Below, piece after piece: positions 37,294 to 46,754 of a stretch of DNA of 64,000 nt. Where the stretch lies: assembly GCA_020638155.1 (NCBI GenBank), contig JACKJB010000005.1, positions 5,235 through 69,234 of the forward strand, in the 5' to 3' direction. The position numbers and the translations under genes are program-made. Origin of the DNA: Rhodospirillales bacterium. Lineage in GTDB: Bacteria; Pseudomonadota; Alphaproteobacteria; Micavibrionales; Micavibrionaceae. The notes beneath the pieces were generated by a model. It worked only from the letters and a program-made list of their open reading frames with translations, made no database searches and was not told where the DNA came from. Position 1 is the first letter of the stretch; each line of letters starts with the position of its first letter.

Positions 37294-37737
37294 ATGATAT
37301 TTTTCATCATCTTCGTTATTATCCCGTTAACGGAAATCGCGTTATTTATCGCGGTCGGCGATGAAATCGGGCTGCTTTCAACCTTGTTTTTATGCGTACT
37401 GACCGCGATGATCGGGGCGGTCCTGATCCGCACACAAGGGCTTGCCACATTGTTCAGCGCGCGCGGCACGATGAGCCGGGGTGAATTGCCGGTTCAGGAG
37501 ATGTTCGACGGGATCTGCCTGGCAGTTGCCGGTGCCCTATTAATGACGCCCGGCTTTTTTACTGACGGGATCGGTTTTTCGCTGCTGGTGCCGCAATTCC
37601 GCGTGTGGCTGCGGCATTATCTGAGCCGCCGTTTTGATTTTGAAATACATGGCTCGCAAACATCTTACGGCCGTCCGCGCGACCCGGATGTGATCGAAGC
37701 AGAGTATGAACGCGTAGATAACAAGGATAAGCCTTGA
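37294..37737 (+). CDS. fxsA: FxsA family membrane protein
   Basis: Internal ATG after GGAAGGTGA. MIFFIIFVIIPLTEIALFIAVGDEIG...LLMTPGFFTDGIGF is the FxsA signature. Confidence 0.85.
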   Translation: MIFFIIFVIIPLTEIALFIAVGDEIGLLSTLFLCVLTAMIGAVLIRTQGLATLFSARGTMSRGELPVQEMFDGICLAVAGALLMTPGFFTDGIGFSLLVPQFRVWLRHYLSRRFDFEIHGSQTSYGRPRDPDVIEAEYERVDNKDKP

Positions 37738-37794
37738 GCGGACCTTCGTTTTCCGCAATAATCGCTGTTAATGATTTTCTAGTGTAAGGATAAA

Positions 37795-38340
37795 ATGATG
37801 GCCGATGACCAAAACCAGACCGATAAACCGAATGCGCTTCCGGATGAAGGACAGATGCTCGACCGCCTGCCGGTAACGATCCAGTCGCAATATATCAAGG
37901 ACCTGTCCTTTGAAAACCCGAACGCGCCGATGCCGCTGCGCAATTCCGAAGGCAAACCCGCGATCGGGGTTGATTTTGCGATGGATGCGAAAAGGCTGGA
38001 ACTCGATGATTTTGAAAACAGCTACGAAGTCAGCCTGTATATCACCGTTAAAGCGAGCAAAGGCGAGATCACAACATTCATCGCCGAGCTTGAATATTGC
38101 ATGATGGTCACACTGAACGATGTGCCGGAAGATAAAATCCATCCGCTGCTGCTGATTGAAATGCCAAACTATATGTTCCCGTTTGCGCGCCAGATCATCG
38201 CCGACCTGACGCAAAAAGCGGGGTACATGCCGTTCCTGCTCAGCCCGGTGAATTTCAAGGCGCTTTACCGCAAGCAGTTCGGCGGGCCGCAGCCTAACGT
38301 TCATGAGCGCTCCTCTGAAAAAGAAAAAGAGACGGCCTGA
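37795..38340 (+). CDS. secB: Protein-export chaperone SecB
   Basis: LPVTIQSQYIKDLSFENPNAP...EAPRILFPFARQ-like core (MPNYMFPFARQIIADLT). Confidence 0.9.
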   Translation: MMADDQNQTDKPNALPDEGQMLDRLPVTIQSQYIKDLSFENPNAPMPLRNSEGKPAIGVDFAMDAKRLELDDFENSYEVSLYITVKASKGEITTFIAELEYCMMVTLNDVPEDKIHPLLLIEMPNYMFPFARQIIADLTQKAGYMPFLLSPVNFKALYRKQFGGPQPNVHERSSEKEKETA

Positions 38341-38342
38341 GC

Positions 38343-39041
38343 TTAACCCGCATCCTTCCATAAAGGATCGGTCAGTTTTTCCAGCATCGCCGCATGGGCT
38401 TCCCGTTCTTCGGGCAGCGGGGCATGCGGTCTTGGCTCGCGGAACGGGCGGTCCTTTTGCGCAAGGCTGGAGACGGCCTGCGTACCGGCGCCCTTATCAT
38501 CATCCGCGCCTAACCCCAGGCCATGCTGGCGGCCTCCCATCAGCTCGAGCCAGACTTCGGCGAGCAGCTGCGCATCAAGCAAAGCGCCGTGCAGTTCCCG
38601 GCTGGAAAGATCTATGCTAAAGCGGCGGCACAGCGCATCGAGGGATGCCGGGGAGCCGGGGAATTTTTCCCGCGCGATCAACAGAGAATCCTTGACCCGT
38701 TTATTTGGCAGCGGCGCATGCCCCATTGTGTGCAGTTCGGCATTGACGAATTTCATATCGAACGCCGCATTATGCGCGATCAGGATGCTGTCTTCGCCGA
38801 TAAATTCGAGAAAGTCGGTGTAAATTTCAGAAAAGGTCGGCTTGTCCTTGAGCATATCAAATGTCAGGCCGTGAACGGCGACGGCTTCTGCGGGGACGTC
38901 GCGTTCGGGATTGATATACTGATGATAGGTGCGCCCGGTCGGCACCTGGTTCATCAGCTCGACGCAGCCGATCTCAACCAGCTTGTCGCCTTCGCTCGGG
39001 TCCATCCCGGTGGTTTCGGTATCGAATACAATCTCGCGCAC
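38343..39041 (-). CDS. dnaQ: DNA polymerase III epsilon subunit (3'-5' exonuclease)
   Basis: Exo I MREIVFDTETTG, Exo II HNAAFDMKF, Exo III HGALLDAQLLAEV. Confidence 0.92.
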   Translation of the reverse strand: MREIVFDTETTGMDPSEGDKLVEIGCVELMNQVPTGRTYHQYINPERDVPAEAVAVHGLTFDMLKDKPTFSEIYTDFLEFIGEDSILIAHNAAFDMKFVNAELHTMGHAPLPNKRVKDSLLIAREKFPGSPASLDALCRRFSIDLSSRELHGALLDAQLLAEVWLELMGGRQHGLGLGADDDKGAGTQAVSSLAQKDRPFREPRPHAPLPEEREAHAAMLEKLTDPLWKDAG

Positions 39042-39061
39042 AATCGTTCCCCTGATTTGGA

Positions 39062-39164
39062 TGTCATCCCGAACGCATGTGAGGGATCTCCCGACAGTCC
39101 GGAGATTTCTCAGCTTCCTCCTTCGCCCTTTGGGCTTCGGAGGACAGGTCGCTTCGAAATGACA
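39062..39164. repeat. MITE-like, highly structured intergenic element with terminal inverted repeats
   Basis: The ends are TGTCATCCCGAA ... TTCGAAATGACA. Internal hairpins are GGATCTCC-N9-GGAGAT and CCTCC..GCCC-TTT-GGGC..GGAGG. It fills the dnaQ/coaE spacer. Confidence 0.55.
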
Positions 39165-39181
39165 GCATTATTCCCGTCCTG

Positions 39182-39835
39182 TTATAAGGCGCGCGGCGGG
39201 AAACGGCAAGAACCGGGCGATGGACCGCCCATAGTTTTTTTGATCTCGGCCAGCGTTTTCTCAAGCGCTTTTCTTGTCTCCGCGATACTGGTCCCGGTCG
39301 GGATGGTGAAATCGGCGCGGGCACGTTTTTCCGCATCCGGCATCTGGCGGGACAAGCGGAACGCCGCGTCCTCTTCGCTGACTTTTCCGTCACGGATTCG
39401 CGCTTCGATCCGCTGGCGCTGGATAAATTCCGGCGCGCTGACGCACAGCGTGAAATCAACGCGCTGCTCCCCGCCGGTTTCAAACAACAGGGGGATATCC
39501 AGCACGGCAATCGATGTGCCCAGGCTTTGCTGGTCGCGGATAAATTTCTGCTGCGCGCACCGGACATAAGGGTGCAGGATCTCTTCAAGATCATCCCAGG
39601 CTTCATGATCGCGGCCCAGCAGCCCGATCAGTTTCTTTTTATCAATGCTGTTTGTTTTCTTCTGGAACGTGGCGGGGAAACGGCGGCGGATCAGGTCGAT
39701 CACCTCCGCATTGTTGTAAAGATCGCGCACCGCCTCATCCGAGCAATGCACGGCGACACCCTTCATATCCCGCAGCATATTGGCGACCGTGGTTTTTCCC
39801 ATCGCCATGGATCCGGTCAGCCCGATTACGATCAT
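39182..39835 (-). CDS. coaE: Dephospho-CoA kinase
   Basis: MIVIGLTGSMAMGKTT P-loop, in the conserved aroE-coaE-dnaQ order. Confidence 0.88.
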   Translation of the reverse strand: MIVIGLTGSMAMGKTTVANMLRDMKGVAVHCSDEAVRDLYNNAEVIDLIRRRFPATFQKKTNSIDKKKLIGLLGRDHEAWDDLEEILHPYVRCAQQKFIRDQQSLGTSIAVLDIPLLFETGGEQRVDFTLCVSAPEFIQRQRIEARIRDGKVSEEDAAFRLSRQMPDAEKRARADFTIPTGTSIAETRKALEKTLAEIKKTMGGPSPGSCRFPPRAL

Positions 39836-40662
39836 AATGCCTGCTCCAAAATTTTTTCCTGCAACGCTTCATCAACATCCGGCAGCACCCCAAACCATCC
39901 TTCAAAGGCAGGCCGCGCCTGGTGCAGCAGCATGCCGATGCCGGTCACGATGTCATTGCCCCGGCGCTGCGCCTGCCGCAATAAATCCGTATGAAGCGGT
40001 TTATAAACAATATCGCATACCGCAGCCTGCGGCGGCAAATGGGAAAGATCGAATACAAGCTCCGGCTGCCCGGTCATCCCCAGCGCGGTTGTATTGACCA
40101 ACAACTCTACGTCCTGCGCGGCGGCTTCCCGCCGGTCCCAATTGATGACAGACGCGCCGAATCTCTGCGCCGCGCGCCGCGCTTTTTCTGCCGTGCGGTT
40201 TGTAATCCTGATTTCGCCAAGCCCCATCCCTCCCAGTGCGTGCAGCACCGCCAGCGCCGCACCGCCGGCGCCAAGAACGAGCGCGGTTTTATTCTCAAAA
40301 GAGCGTCCCGGCAAAGCCCGCCTGATATTCTCGGCGAAACCATACGAATCGGTATTATGCCCGTGCAGCCTGCCGCGCTCTCCGACACGCACCGTATTGA
40401 CCGCGCCGACCGCCTGCGCGGTATCGGAAAGCGCATCGCACAAGCTCATGATATCCTGTTTATAGGGGATCGTGACATTAAACCCGGCATAGCCGTCCTC
40501 GATCATCTTGTTCACGGATTGCTCCAGCCTGCCCGGCACAATCTCGATGGCATCGTAATGCCCGTGCAGACCATAGCGCTCAATCCAGTAATTATGGATG
40601 AGCGGCGATAGACTGTGCCCGAGCGGGTACCCGATAACGCCGGCTTTGATATTATTCGGCAT
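39832..40662 (-). CDS. aroE: Shikimate dehydrogenase
   Basis: GVIGYPLGHSLSPLIHN, NVTIPYK, GAGGAA. Confidence 0.9.
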   Translation of the reverse strand: MPNNIKAGVIGYPLGHSLSPLIHNYWIERYGLHGHYDAIEIVPGRLEQSVNKMIEDGYAGFNVTIPYKQDIMSLCDALSDTAQAVGAVNTVRVGERGRLHGHNTDSYGFAENIRRALPGRSFENKTALVLGAGGAALAVLHALGGMGLGEIRITNRTAEKARRAAQRFGASVINWDRREAAAQDVELLVNTTALGMTGQPELVFDLSHLPPQAAVCDIVYKPLHTDLLRQAQRRGNDIVTGIGMLLHQARPAFEGWFGVLPDVDEALQEKILEQAL

Positions 40663-41515
40663 AATCCCCCGTGCGCTCTTTTTTATCGCGTTTTTGTAAT
40701 AAAAGCTGGATCTCCGCCGCCGTTTCCTCGATCGAGCGGCGTGTCACATCGATAATCGGCCAGCCGTTTTTGGTGAAGTAGCGGCGCGCCTGCCGGATTT
40801 CCTCTTCGACTTTTTCCCGGTCGAGATAGGTATTATTGCCGTGGTTCTTATCGTGCTCATCCGCTTTCAGGCGCGAGCGGCGCAGATTGACCAGCCGTTC
40901 CGGCGATTCGGTCAGCGCCACAATCATCGGGCCTTTGAGCTGCGTCAGTTTTTCCGGAAACGGCACGGCCGGGACATAAGGCACATTCGCCGCCTTGATG
41001 CCGCGGCGGGCCAGGAAAATACAGGTCGGCGTTTTCGAAGTACGCGAAACGCCGACCAGGATCACATCCGCATCTTCGATCCCGTCCAGATTTTGCCCGT
41101 CATCAAAAGACAGCGCAAAATCGACCGCATCGACACGGTGGAAATAAGCTTCATCGAGCGCATGCTGCAAGCCCGGCAGGCCGATCGGCGGCAGGCCCAG
41201 ATAAGAGGACAGTCCTTTTATAAGCGGGTCCATCACCGCCATGCAGGGAATCTCCAGCGCCCGGCAGCGTTTTTCCAGCTTGCGGCGCAGCGCTTTGTCC
41301 ATCAGCGTATAAAAAACCGGGCCGGGATATTCGGAAATATCTTCGAGAACGCGCTCTAACTGGCGCTCGGTCCGCACCAGCGGCCAGAACCGCTCGACCG
41401 TATCAATCCCTTCGAACTGGGCGACGCAGGCGCGCGCAAGCCCCTGCAACGTGGTTCCCGTTGCATCAGAGATAAGGTGAAGGTAGAAATCTTTGACCGG
41501 CTGTTTTTTCGTCAT
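40652..41515 (-). CDS. Pyruvate,phosphate/water dikinase regulatory protein (kinase/pyrophosphorylase, DUF299)
   Basis: LHLISDATGTTL near the N-terminus and the VGVSRTSKTPT P-loop. Confidence 0.85.
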   Translation of the reverse strand: MTKKQPVKDFYLHLISDATGTTLQGLARACVAQFEGIDTVERFWPLVRTERQLERVLEDISEYPGPVFYTLMDKALRRKLEKRCRALEIPCMAVMDPLIKGLSSYLGLPPIGLPGLQHALDEAYFHRVDAVDFALSFDDGQNLDGIEDADVILVGVSRTSKTPTCIFLARRGIKAANVPYVPAVPFPEKLTQLKGPMIVALTESPERLVNLRRSRLKADEHDKNHGNNTYLDREKVEEEIRQARRYFTKNGWPIIDVTRRSIEETAAEIQLLLQKRDKKERTGDYAE

Positions 41516-41570
41516 CTCCCGGCCATAGTAGCAGCGCCGGGAGCCAACACAAAGGAGGATTTCTTAAAGT

Positions 41571-42623
41571 CTAAGAGGACTGCATATCGCCCTGCGGGAA
41601 CATTTTGCGGGCAAGGCTGCGGTCGCGGAACGGCACGTTATTCACCATCGTGACTTCCATATCGTACATCAGGTGAAATAAATGCGTCTGGTTGATCTCA
41701 TCATGCAGCCCGGCGAAAAACGGGTCGCGCCGAATCGTATCGCCCAGCCCGGCCAGATAGCATGTGCCGTCCGGCATGCAGGCAAGCCGTTCGATCGCCA
41801 GCGCCTCAAGGCGCTTGCTGCCGAAGGCGCGGATTTCGGTGGTATCGAGCAGGATATCATCGAGCGCTTCGAGCGTTTCATGATCGCAGCCATCCACGCG
41901 GGCCTCATCGGCATACCATTGCCGGAACGCGTAAGTCATGGCCCCGCCGTCAAACAGCGCACTCGGATCACGTTCTAAAAACCTGGAAAAGATCATCGCC
42001 ATATCGCCTTCAGCCGAGCCGATCAGGTGACGCCAGATTTCAGCATAGCCCGCGCCGCGCAATTCCCAGACCGCGAACACGGTGACCGTGTCGCAATCCG
42101 CCGCCCGTACGCGCTCTAGCATCAGCACGTCTTCGGGACCGTATTCGTCTTCGAACGGTACATTGCGGTGTTCGTGCCAGATATCGCGCAGTGCGCGAAT
42201 AAACGTAATTAAAAGCGTGTTGCGAAAATAAGCGGAGCGCCCCAGCGCCGCCGGGCTCATCGCGAAATGATCGAGCAGGATTTTATGCCCCGGGATATCG
42301 AGATGAAACCCGCTGCTGTGCAGATCCGACAAGCCGACCTGCCAGCCTTGCGCCGCGGCATCCTGATACAATGCCGAAGCTGCCGGGCTTTCAGCAATCA
42401 GGGCAGCGCACCAGCTCAGGATATCATCCTGCGTTTCAAAGCTGTGCGGCAGGGCGCTAATCTTATCAAAATCAGTCGTATCCGGAATTTCAATCTCGTC
42501 CAGCAAGACCGTCTCGCCCTGCGGCAAGGGTGATGCGGTCAGGTCATAAACCGTGATATCGCCGTCAGGCTTTACGCTGTGCTTTTTCAGATAGGTTTTT
42601 CTGCTCAGCCGCTCTGCCTTCAT
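41571..42623 (-). CDS. Hypothetical protein, paralog B of a two-gene pair
   Basis: I set the start at the ATG 13 nt after the upstream stop, preceded by GAGGGTG (MKAERLSRKTY...). Shares the ...RALRDIWHEHRN...VFAVWELRGAG... architecture with the upstream gene. Confidence 0.6.
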   Translation of the reverse strand: MKAERLSRKTYLKKHSVKPDGDITVYDLTASPLPQGETVLLDEIEIPDTTDFDKISALPHSFETQDDILSWCAALIAESPAASALYQDAAAQGWQVGLSDLHSSGFHLDIPGHKILLDHFAMSPAALGRSAYFRNTLLITFIRALRDIWHEHRNVPFEDEYGPEDVLMLERVRAADCDTVTVFAVWELRGAGYAEIWRHLIGSAEGDMAMIFSRFLERDPSALFDGGAMTYAFRQWYADEARVDGCDHETLEALDDILLDTTEIRAFGSKRLEALAIERLACMPDGTCYLAGLGDTIRRDPFFAGLHDEINQTHLFHLMYDMEVTMVNNVPFRDRSLARKMFPQGDMQSS

Positions 42624-42636
42624 CCCATCACCCTCA

Positions 42637-43935
42637 TCATCCGCCGGACCGGCCGCGGAACGGGACAATATTTCCATTTTGCGCTTTTCCGGCTTGCGGA
42701 GCTGCGGCAGGTTCTTCACCCCTTTGAAGGGTGATGATTTCTGATTTTTGTTCATGGTCGCCAAACCGTATGTTTTTGTTTTTGGAAGAGCCTGACAGAT
42801 AATCAGGATCCGTGTTTGTTTCATCGGTTTGCAATTCCTGTTCCGTTTCCCGGAAAGAGCGCTCAAACTTGATAAACCATAGGAAATTCGCGTTAGAGCG
42901 GTCGCGTACCTCGGTAAAGATTGCATCATTCATGATCGTATTGACATGCGATGCCAGGTAATTTTTGCCGAAAGGCATGCTGCCGAGCGCGATAATCAAC
43001 TCTGCAGTGATATGCTGCGAGGCCTGCTGGGTATCGAAAACATAGCCGCGATAATCCGCCAGCATGCTTTGGATCAGCTTTTTGTCCTCATGGCGGCAGC
43101 GCTCGGATAAGAACCAGCTTTCGAATACCGCGCTTTGCGCCACGCCGTTATTCAGCGTGCGAAAATCAAGGAAGGATTCGCGGGCGAAGGCACGGGCCAG
43201 ATCGGCCATGGACGAGCTTTCAACCCGCTCCCACACATCTTTTTGTCCTGCCAGCTGCAGCTCCCAGGCGACCCGGACCATCATCACCGACAGATCGGCA
43301 ATTTGTGCCCGGTTGACTAAAATAGCCTGATCCGGGTGGAAGGTCAGCGGGTTCAAAAGCGCCCCGTTACGGTGCTGCCAGGCGCGGCGGAGTTCACGCA
43401 CCGCCATTAATATCCTGTCTTCCCGGTTCATATGCGGGTTGATATAGATCTGCCCGTCGCGGCGGTCATAGATGGCCGTTTCCGTTTCCGCGGCATAATG
43501 CAGTTTTGTTTCGTATTTCGCGGCAAAATCCAGCAAGGATGCGGCAAAACGGCTTTCGCGCAAGGACTGCTCTAAAAACCTGATATCGCCCGAATCATTT
43601 TCACCCGCCTCGAAAGGCTGGGTGATCGCGGCGATATTCTCCCCCAGCGCCGCGATACGCTCAAGATCATCATGCTCTTCAAAACCATCCTCGAAACGCT
43701 CCAGCGCGGTCAGGCGCGCGTACAGATCGGCAACGCCGTCTTCCACAGCGGTAAAATCGAAATAGCCGTAATCCTCTTCATCATCAATCGCGCCTTCAAA
43801 ATCCATATAGAAAAGCGGCTGATCGCTGATGTAAGAACACAAAACCGGCTGCCTGTTATTCAGCGTATAGGCGATCCTGCACGGTTTGCTGTGCCCGGCC
43901 TGAAATTCGAAGATATTGTCCGTCGTATTACTCAT
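42637..43935 (-). CDS. Hypothetical protein, paralog A of a two-gene pair
   Basis: Start chosen at MSNTTDNIFEF (43935); upstream in-frame Met codons exist up to 44088. Core ...RELRRAWQHRNG...VRVAWELQLAG... is collinear with paralog B. Confidence 0.6.
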   Translation of the reverse strand: MSNTTDNIFEFQAGHSKPCRIAYTLNNRQPVLCSYISDQPLFYMDFEGAIDDEEDYGYFDFTAVEDGVADLYARLTALERFEDGFEEHDDLERIAALGENIAAITQPFEAGENDSGDIRFLEQSLRESRFAASLLDFAAKYETKLHYAAETETAIYDRRDGQIYINPHMNREDRILMAVRELRRAWQHRNGALLNPLTFHPDQAILVNRAQIADLSVMMVRVAWELQLAGQKDVWERVESSSMADLARAFARESFLDFRTLNNGVAQSAVFESWFLSERCRHEDKKLIQSMLADYRGYVFDTQQASQHITAELIIALGSMPFGKNYLASHVNTIMNDAIFTEVRDRSNANFLWFIKFERSFRETEQELQTDETNTDPDYLSGSSKNKNIRFGDHEQKSEIITLQRGEEPAAAPQAGKAQNGNIVPFRGRSGG

Positions 43936-44175
43936 TTTAGAACCCCAAAATACCCCAATGGTCCAGATCCATTGCTCATGCCGCAATTGCGCGGCCATGG
44001 GTTCATTATGCGCCAGCTTTATTAACGCTTTCCTACCAAGACGCGGGTTTTTGGATTTTTTGGAGAAAAAATCCCTGTTCGTTAACAAGGACTTAAGTGT
44101 GTATTAACAGAGTCCTAAAAAAGGACCCTGTTTGCCTATACTGTGGGATAGCCTGTCTCCGAATCAGGGTCGGCA

Positions 44176-46662
44176 CTAAAAATTGAAATCCTTGAAATCA
44201 TCAAGGCTGAAACGCGGTTTTTCAGGCGCGCTGTCTTCGTTCTCCGGCACTTCAGGAACAGTGTCGTTTTCTGCCGACGGGGCTTCGGTTTCCGGGGTAA
44301 CCTGCGGCGCTACATATTCAAAGGCACCGCCATATTGCTCAAAAAGCGCAGTCACGACCGGTATATCCCCGATCGCTTCCGGGGTCATTCCCAGAATTCT
44401 TTCAATCATGGTTTCCCGGCCGTAGCGTTCGAACCGATCGATCACTTTCGCCGCAGCCTCTTCAGACAGTTTTTCTTCGCTCAAGCCTTTACCGTTCAGG
44501 CCGTAATAAAGATTACCGTTCTTATATTGTACGGACGCCGTCACCAGACGGCTGATATAAGCCCCGGCAGACAGGCCGATATAGTCCTGATGCACCGCGA
44601 TTTTATCTAAAACCCGCATGGCTTCATCCGCTTTCATATCAATGCCCCATTTACTCTCGGTCCCGATATTAAAGTTCAGGCGTCCTTTTTCATAGGTAAT
44701 GGCGCCGACCTTTGCCGGGTTAAGCTGCGATTTCAGGCGGTAGTTCAGGAAATCACCGGGACCATTTCCAATCTCATCCAGAACAGCATAGGCCCGATCT
44801 TTACCCATTGTTGTTGAATAAAGCGTACCGCCAATCAAATAAGAAAGCTTACCGGTTTTACCGCTTTCGCCCGGCTGATGGAAAATTACCGCACATTGAG
44901 CCGGGTTCAGGCATTCTTCAGGAGTCAGGCGGATATGGCCATACTTCCGGATACTTTCCTCGATAAAGGCCTGCGCTTTTTCGATGGTGGTCGGAATATT
45001 ATAATTCTTATCACCGATGATGAATTTCAGTTTACAGGACCAGTCCTCCTGTTTGTCGGCAATCCACATATTGCCGATCCGCGTAATGTCCACCATCTGT
45101 GTATCTGTCACCATATAGCGGCCATATCCTTGCGCAAAACCGTCCAGCAGTTCGCGCGCGCGGTCAGGCGATGAAATATTTGAAATCGACCGCGTCTCAC
45201 CTTCAATGACATACTGGATCATATAGCTGTTCCCCGCGTCATTCAGTGTAATCCATGCATGATCGACGGCGTCTTTTTTGATGACCGTTTTATCGCTTAG
45301 TTGCACCATCCCGGGCTGTGCCGCCCGGGCATCGAGCACAGAAACAGCCGTTCCGGGTTCCACATTTTTGTCGTTCCAGCTTTTGGCTCCGAAATCGGTA
45401 TATAATATTGTCGGGTTACTATCCTTCTCATAGTAAGAACGGCTGAGCATTCCCATGTTTGTGATTTCATTTTCAGGAAATCCAAACGCTACGAATCCCG
45501 GCTGGGTCTTCAAGTAACGCAAGATGCTCTTTTTCGTATTTTCATCCGCGGGAACGCTATCATTATGACCGTAGCGCGCCATGCGTAATCCGCCTTCAAC
45601 CGGGGCAATAAAGCCTGCCTTTTCCGGGCGGAAGATCGCCAGTTCGGCTGTTCTGATAAAATCACCGCTATAGCCCAGCGCAATTTTTTGCAGCGCTTCT
45701 GCCTGCTCCCCTTCAAGGCTGGCAGCCACCTCTCCCAGAAATTCAGCCCTTGCGGCATCACAGGACAGGAATTTCAGCGCACTGTCCAGCATCGCTGTCT
45801 GTGTTTCCGGATTGCCTGCAGTCATTTCCAACAAGCGCACCAAACGTGAAGTTCCGGAATCATCAAACGGCACCGGAGCTTTAAGCCATGATTTGGAATC
45901 CTCTTCGCCGTAATTATCTTTCAAAAAGACCAGTGCGGTTTCCAGCACAGACCGTTTTTGTTCCGGATCGCCTTCGAAAACGTGGAAAAGACGCTGGGCC
46001 ATGACAGTTGTGTGAAGATCCTGCTCAAGGCTTTTAAGCGGGGTTTTAATCGCGCTGGCATGCTGGCTTCTGACGGCTTCCAGTTCCGCTTGCTGCCTTA
46101 GTTTTCTTTCAAGTTTTTTCAGTTCAATCTCTGCCTGCAAACGATCGACTCTTTCCTCATATTCGCCGGTAAGTTTATCCAGTAAACCAGGCGGTGTCGG
46201 CTTTTGGACGGTAACAACGGTTACAGGCGCAGGCGGTATCTTTACATGAGCGAAATCCGGGGTTAACGGCGCCTGTGCGGCGGTCTTCAGTATTTCACGA
46301 AACGCCCCGGTTTCATCCTGCCGGGCAAACACATCTTCGGCCCAGCGCAGAAAATCTGTTTTTGTGCCATTGGGTAATAAAACCGGAATGGACAGGACGG
46401 CCGCTTTTGTATTGGCATCCATGCCCAGCAGCAAGTGCCTTACGCCGCCGATATCTTCCGCATCAAAACGTTCGCACAGGGAAACATATTTATCCTTGAT
46501 TTTCGGCGTCTGGTTTTCCAGCCATTTAAGAGCCATTTCCGTACGGGCTTTCAGCGTCGCGATAATACTGTTATGCACAGAAGCAGCTTCATTGATCTGG
46601 TCTGCTATTTTATCGATTTGTTCCAGTTTTTGCTGGGAAGACCCGTTAAATTTATCGCGCAT
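44176..46662 (-). CDS. Large hypothetical protein (828 aa) with a coiled-coil N-terminus, about five internal repeats and an acidic C-terminus
   Basis: No signal peptide. The C-terminal half contains units such as KLKFIIGDKNYNIPTTIEKAQAFIEESI, KLSYLIGGTLYSTTMGKDRAYAVLDEI and RLNFNIGTESKWGIDMKADEAMRVLDKI. The tail is ...ETEAPSAENDTVPEVPENEDSAPEKPRFSLDDFKDFNF. Confidence 0.7.
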   Translation of the reverse strand: MRDKFNGSSQQKLEQIDKIADQINEAASVHNSIIATLKARTEMALKWLENQTPKIKDKYVSLCERFDAEDIGGVRHLLLGMDANTKAAVLSIPVLLPNGTKTDFLRWAEDVFARQDETGAFREILKTAAQAPLTPDFAHVKIPPAPVTVVTVQKPTPPGLLDKLTGEYEERVDRLQAEIELKKLERKLRQQAELEAVRSQHASAIKTPLKSLEQDLHTTVMAQRLFHVFEGDPEQKRSVLETALVFLKDNYGEEDSKSWLKAPVPFDDSGTSRLVRLLEMTAGNPETQTAMLDSALKFLSCDAARAEFLGEVAASLEGEQAEALQKIALGYSGDFIRTAELAIFRPEKAGFIAPVEGGLRMARYGHNDSVPADENTKKSILRYLKTQPGFVAFGFPENEITNMGMLSRSYYEKDSNPTILYTDFGAKSWNDKNVEPGTAVSVLDARAAQPGMVQLSDKTVIKKDAVDHAWITLNDAGNSYMIQYVIEGETRSISNISSPDRARELLDGFAQGYGRYMVTDTQMVDITRIGNMWIADKQEDWSCKLKFIIGDKNYNIPTTIEKAQAFIEESIRKYGHIRLTPEECLNPAQCAVIFHQPGESGKTGKLSYLIGGTLYSTTMGKDRAYAVLDEIGNGPGDFLNYRLKSQLNPAKVGAITYEKGRLNFNIGTESKWGIDMKADEAMRVLDKIAVHQDYIGLSAGAYISRLVTASVQYKNGNLYYGLNGKGLSEEKLSEEAAAKVIDRFERYGRETMIERILGMTPEAIGDIPVVTALFEQYGGAFEYVAPQVTPETEAPSAENDTVPEVPENEDSAPEKPRFSLDDFKDFNF

Positions 46663-46754
46663 CGCTTTGCTTTAACCTTTTTTATTTACAGAATATTAAT
46701 ACTTTTTTAACAAAGATATTTTAATTATGCAAATATTTTCGGGTTGTTAAGGCG

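Noticed and set aside
38523-39569. 348-aa plus-strand ORF spanning dnaQ, the spacer repeat and coaE
   Set aside because: It crosses two well-supported minus-strand genes and the intergenic element. It is a shadow frame.
42624-42929. 5' extension of the downstream orphan paralog, overlapping the upstream one by about 290 nt
   Set aside because: An RBS-preceded ATG lies 13 nt after the upstream stop. The extension has no similarity to the paralog's N-terminus.
44082-44096. TTAA-N7-TTAA (CtrA-box-like) motif upstream of the orphan pair
   Set aside because: An 8-specified-base motif is expected about once by chance in a window of this size, counting both strands. It is an isolated occurrence, with none in the candidate oriC spacer.
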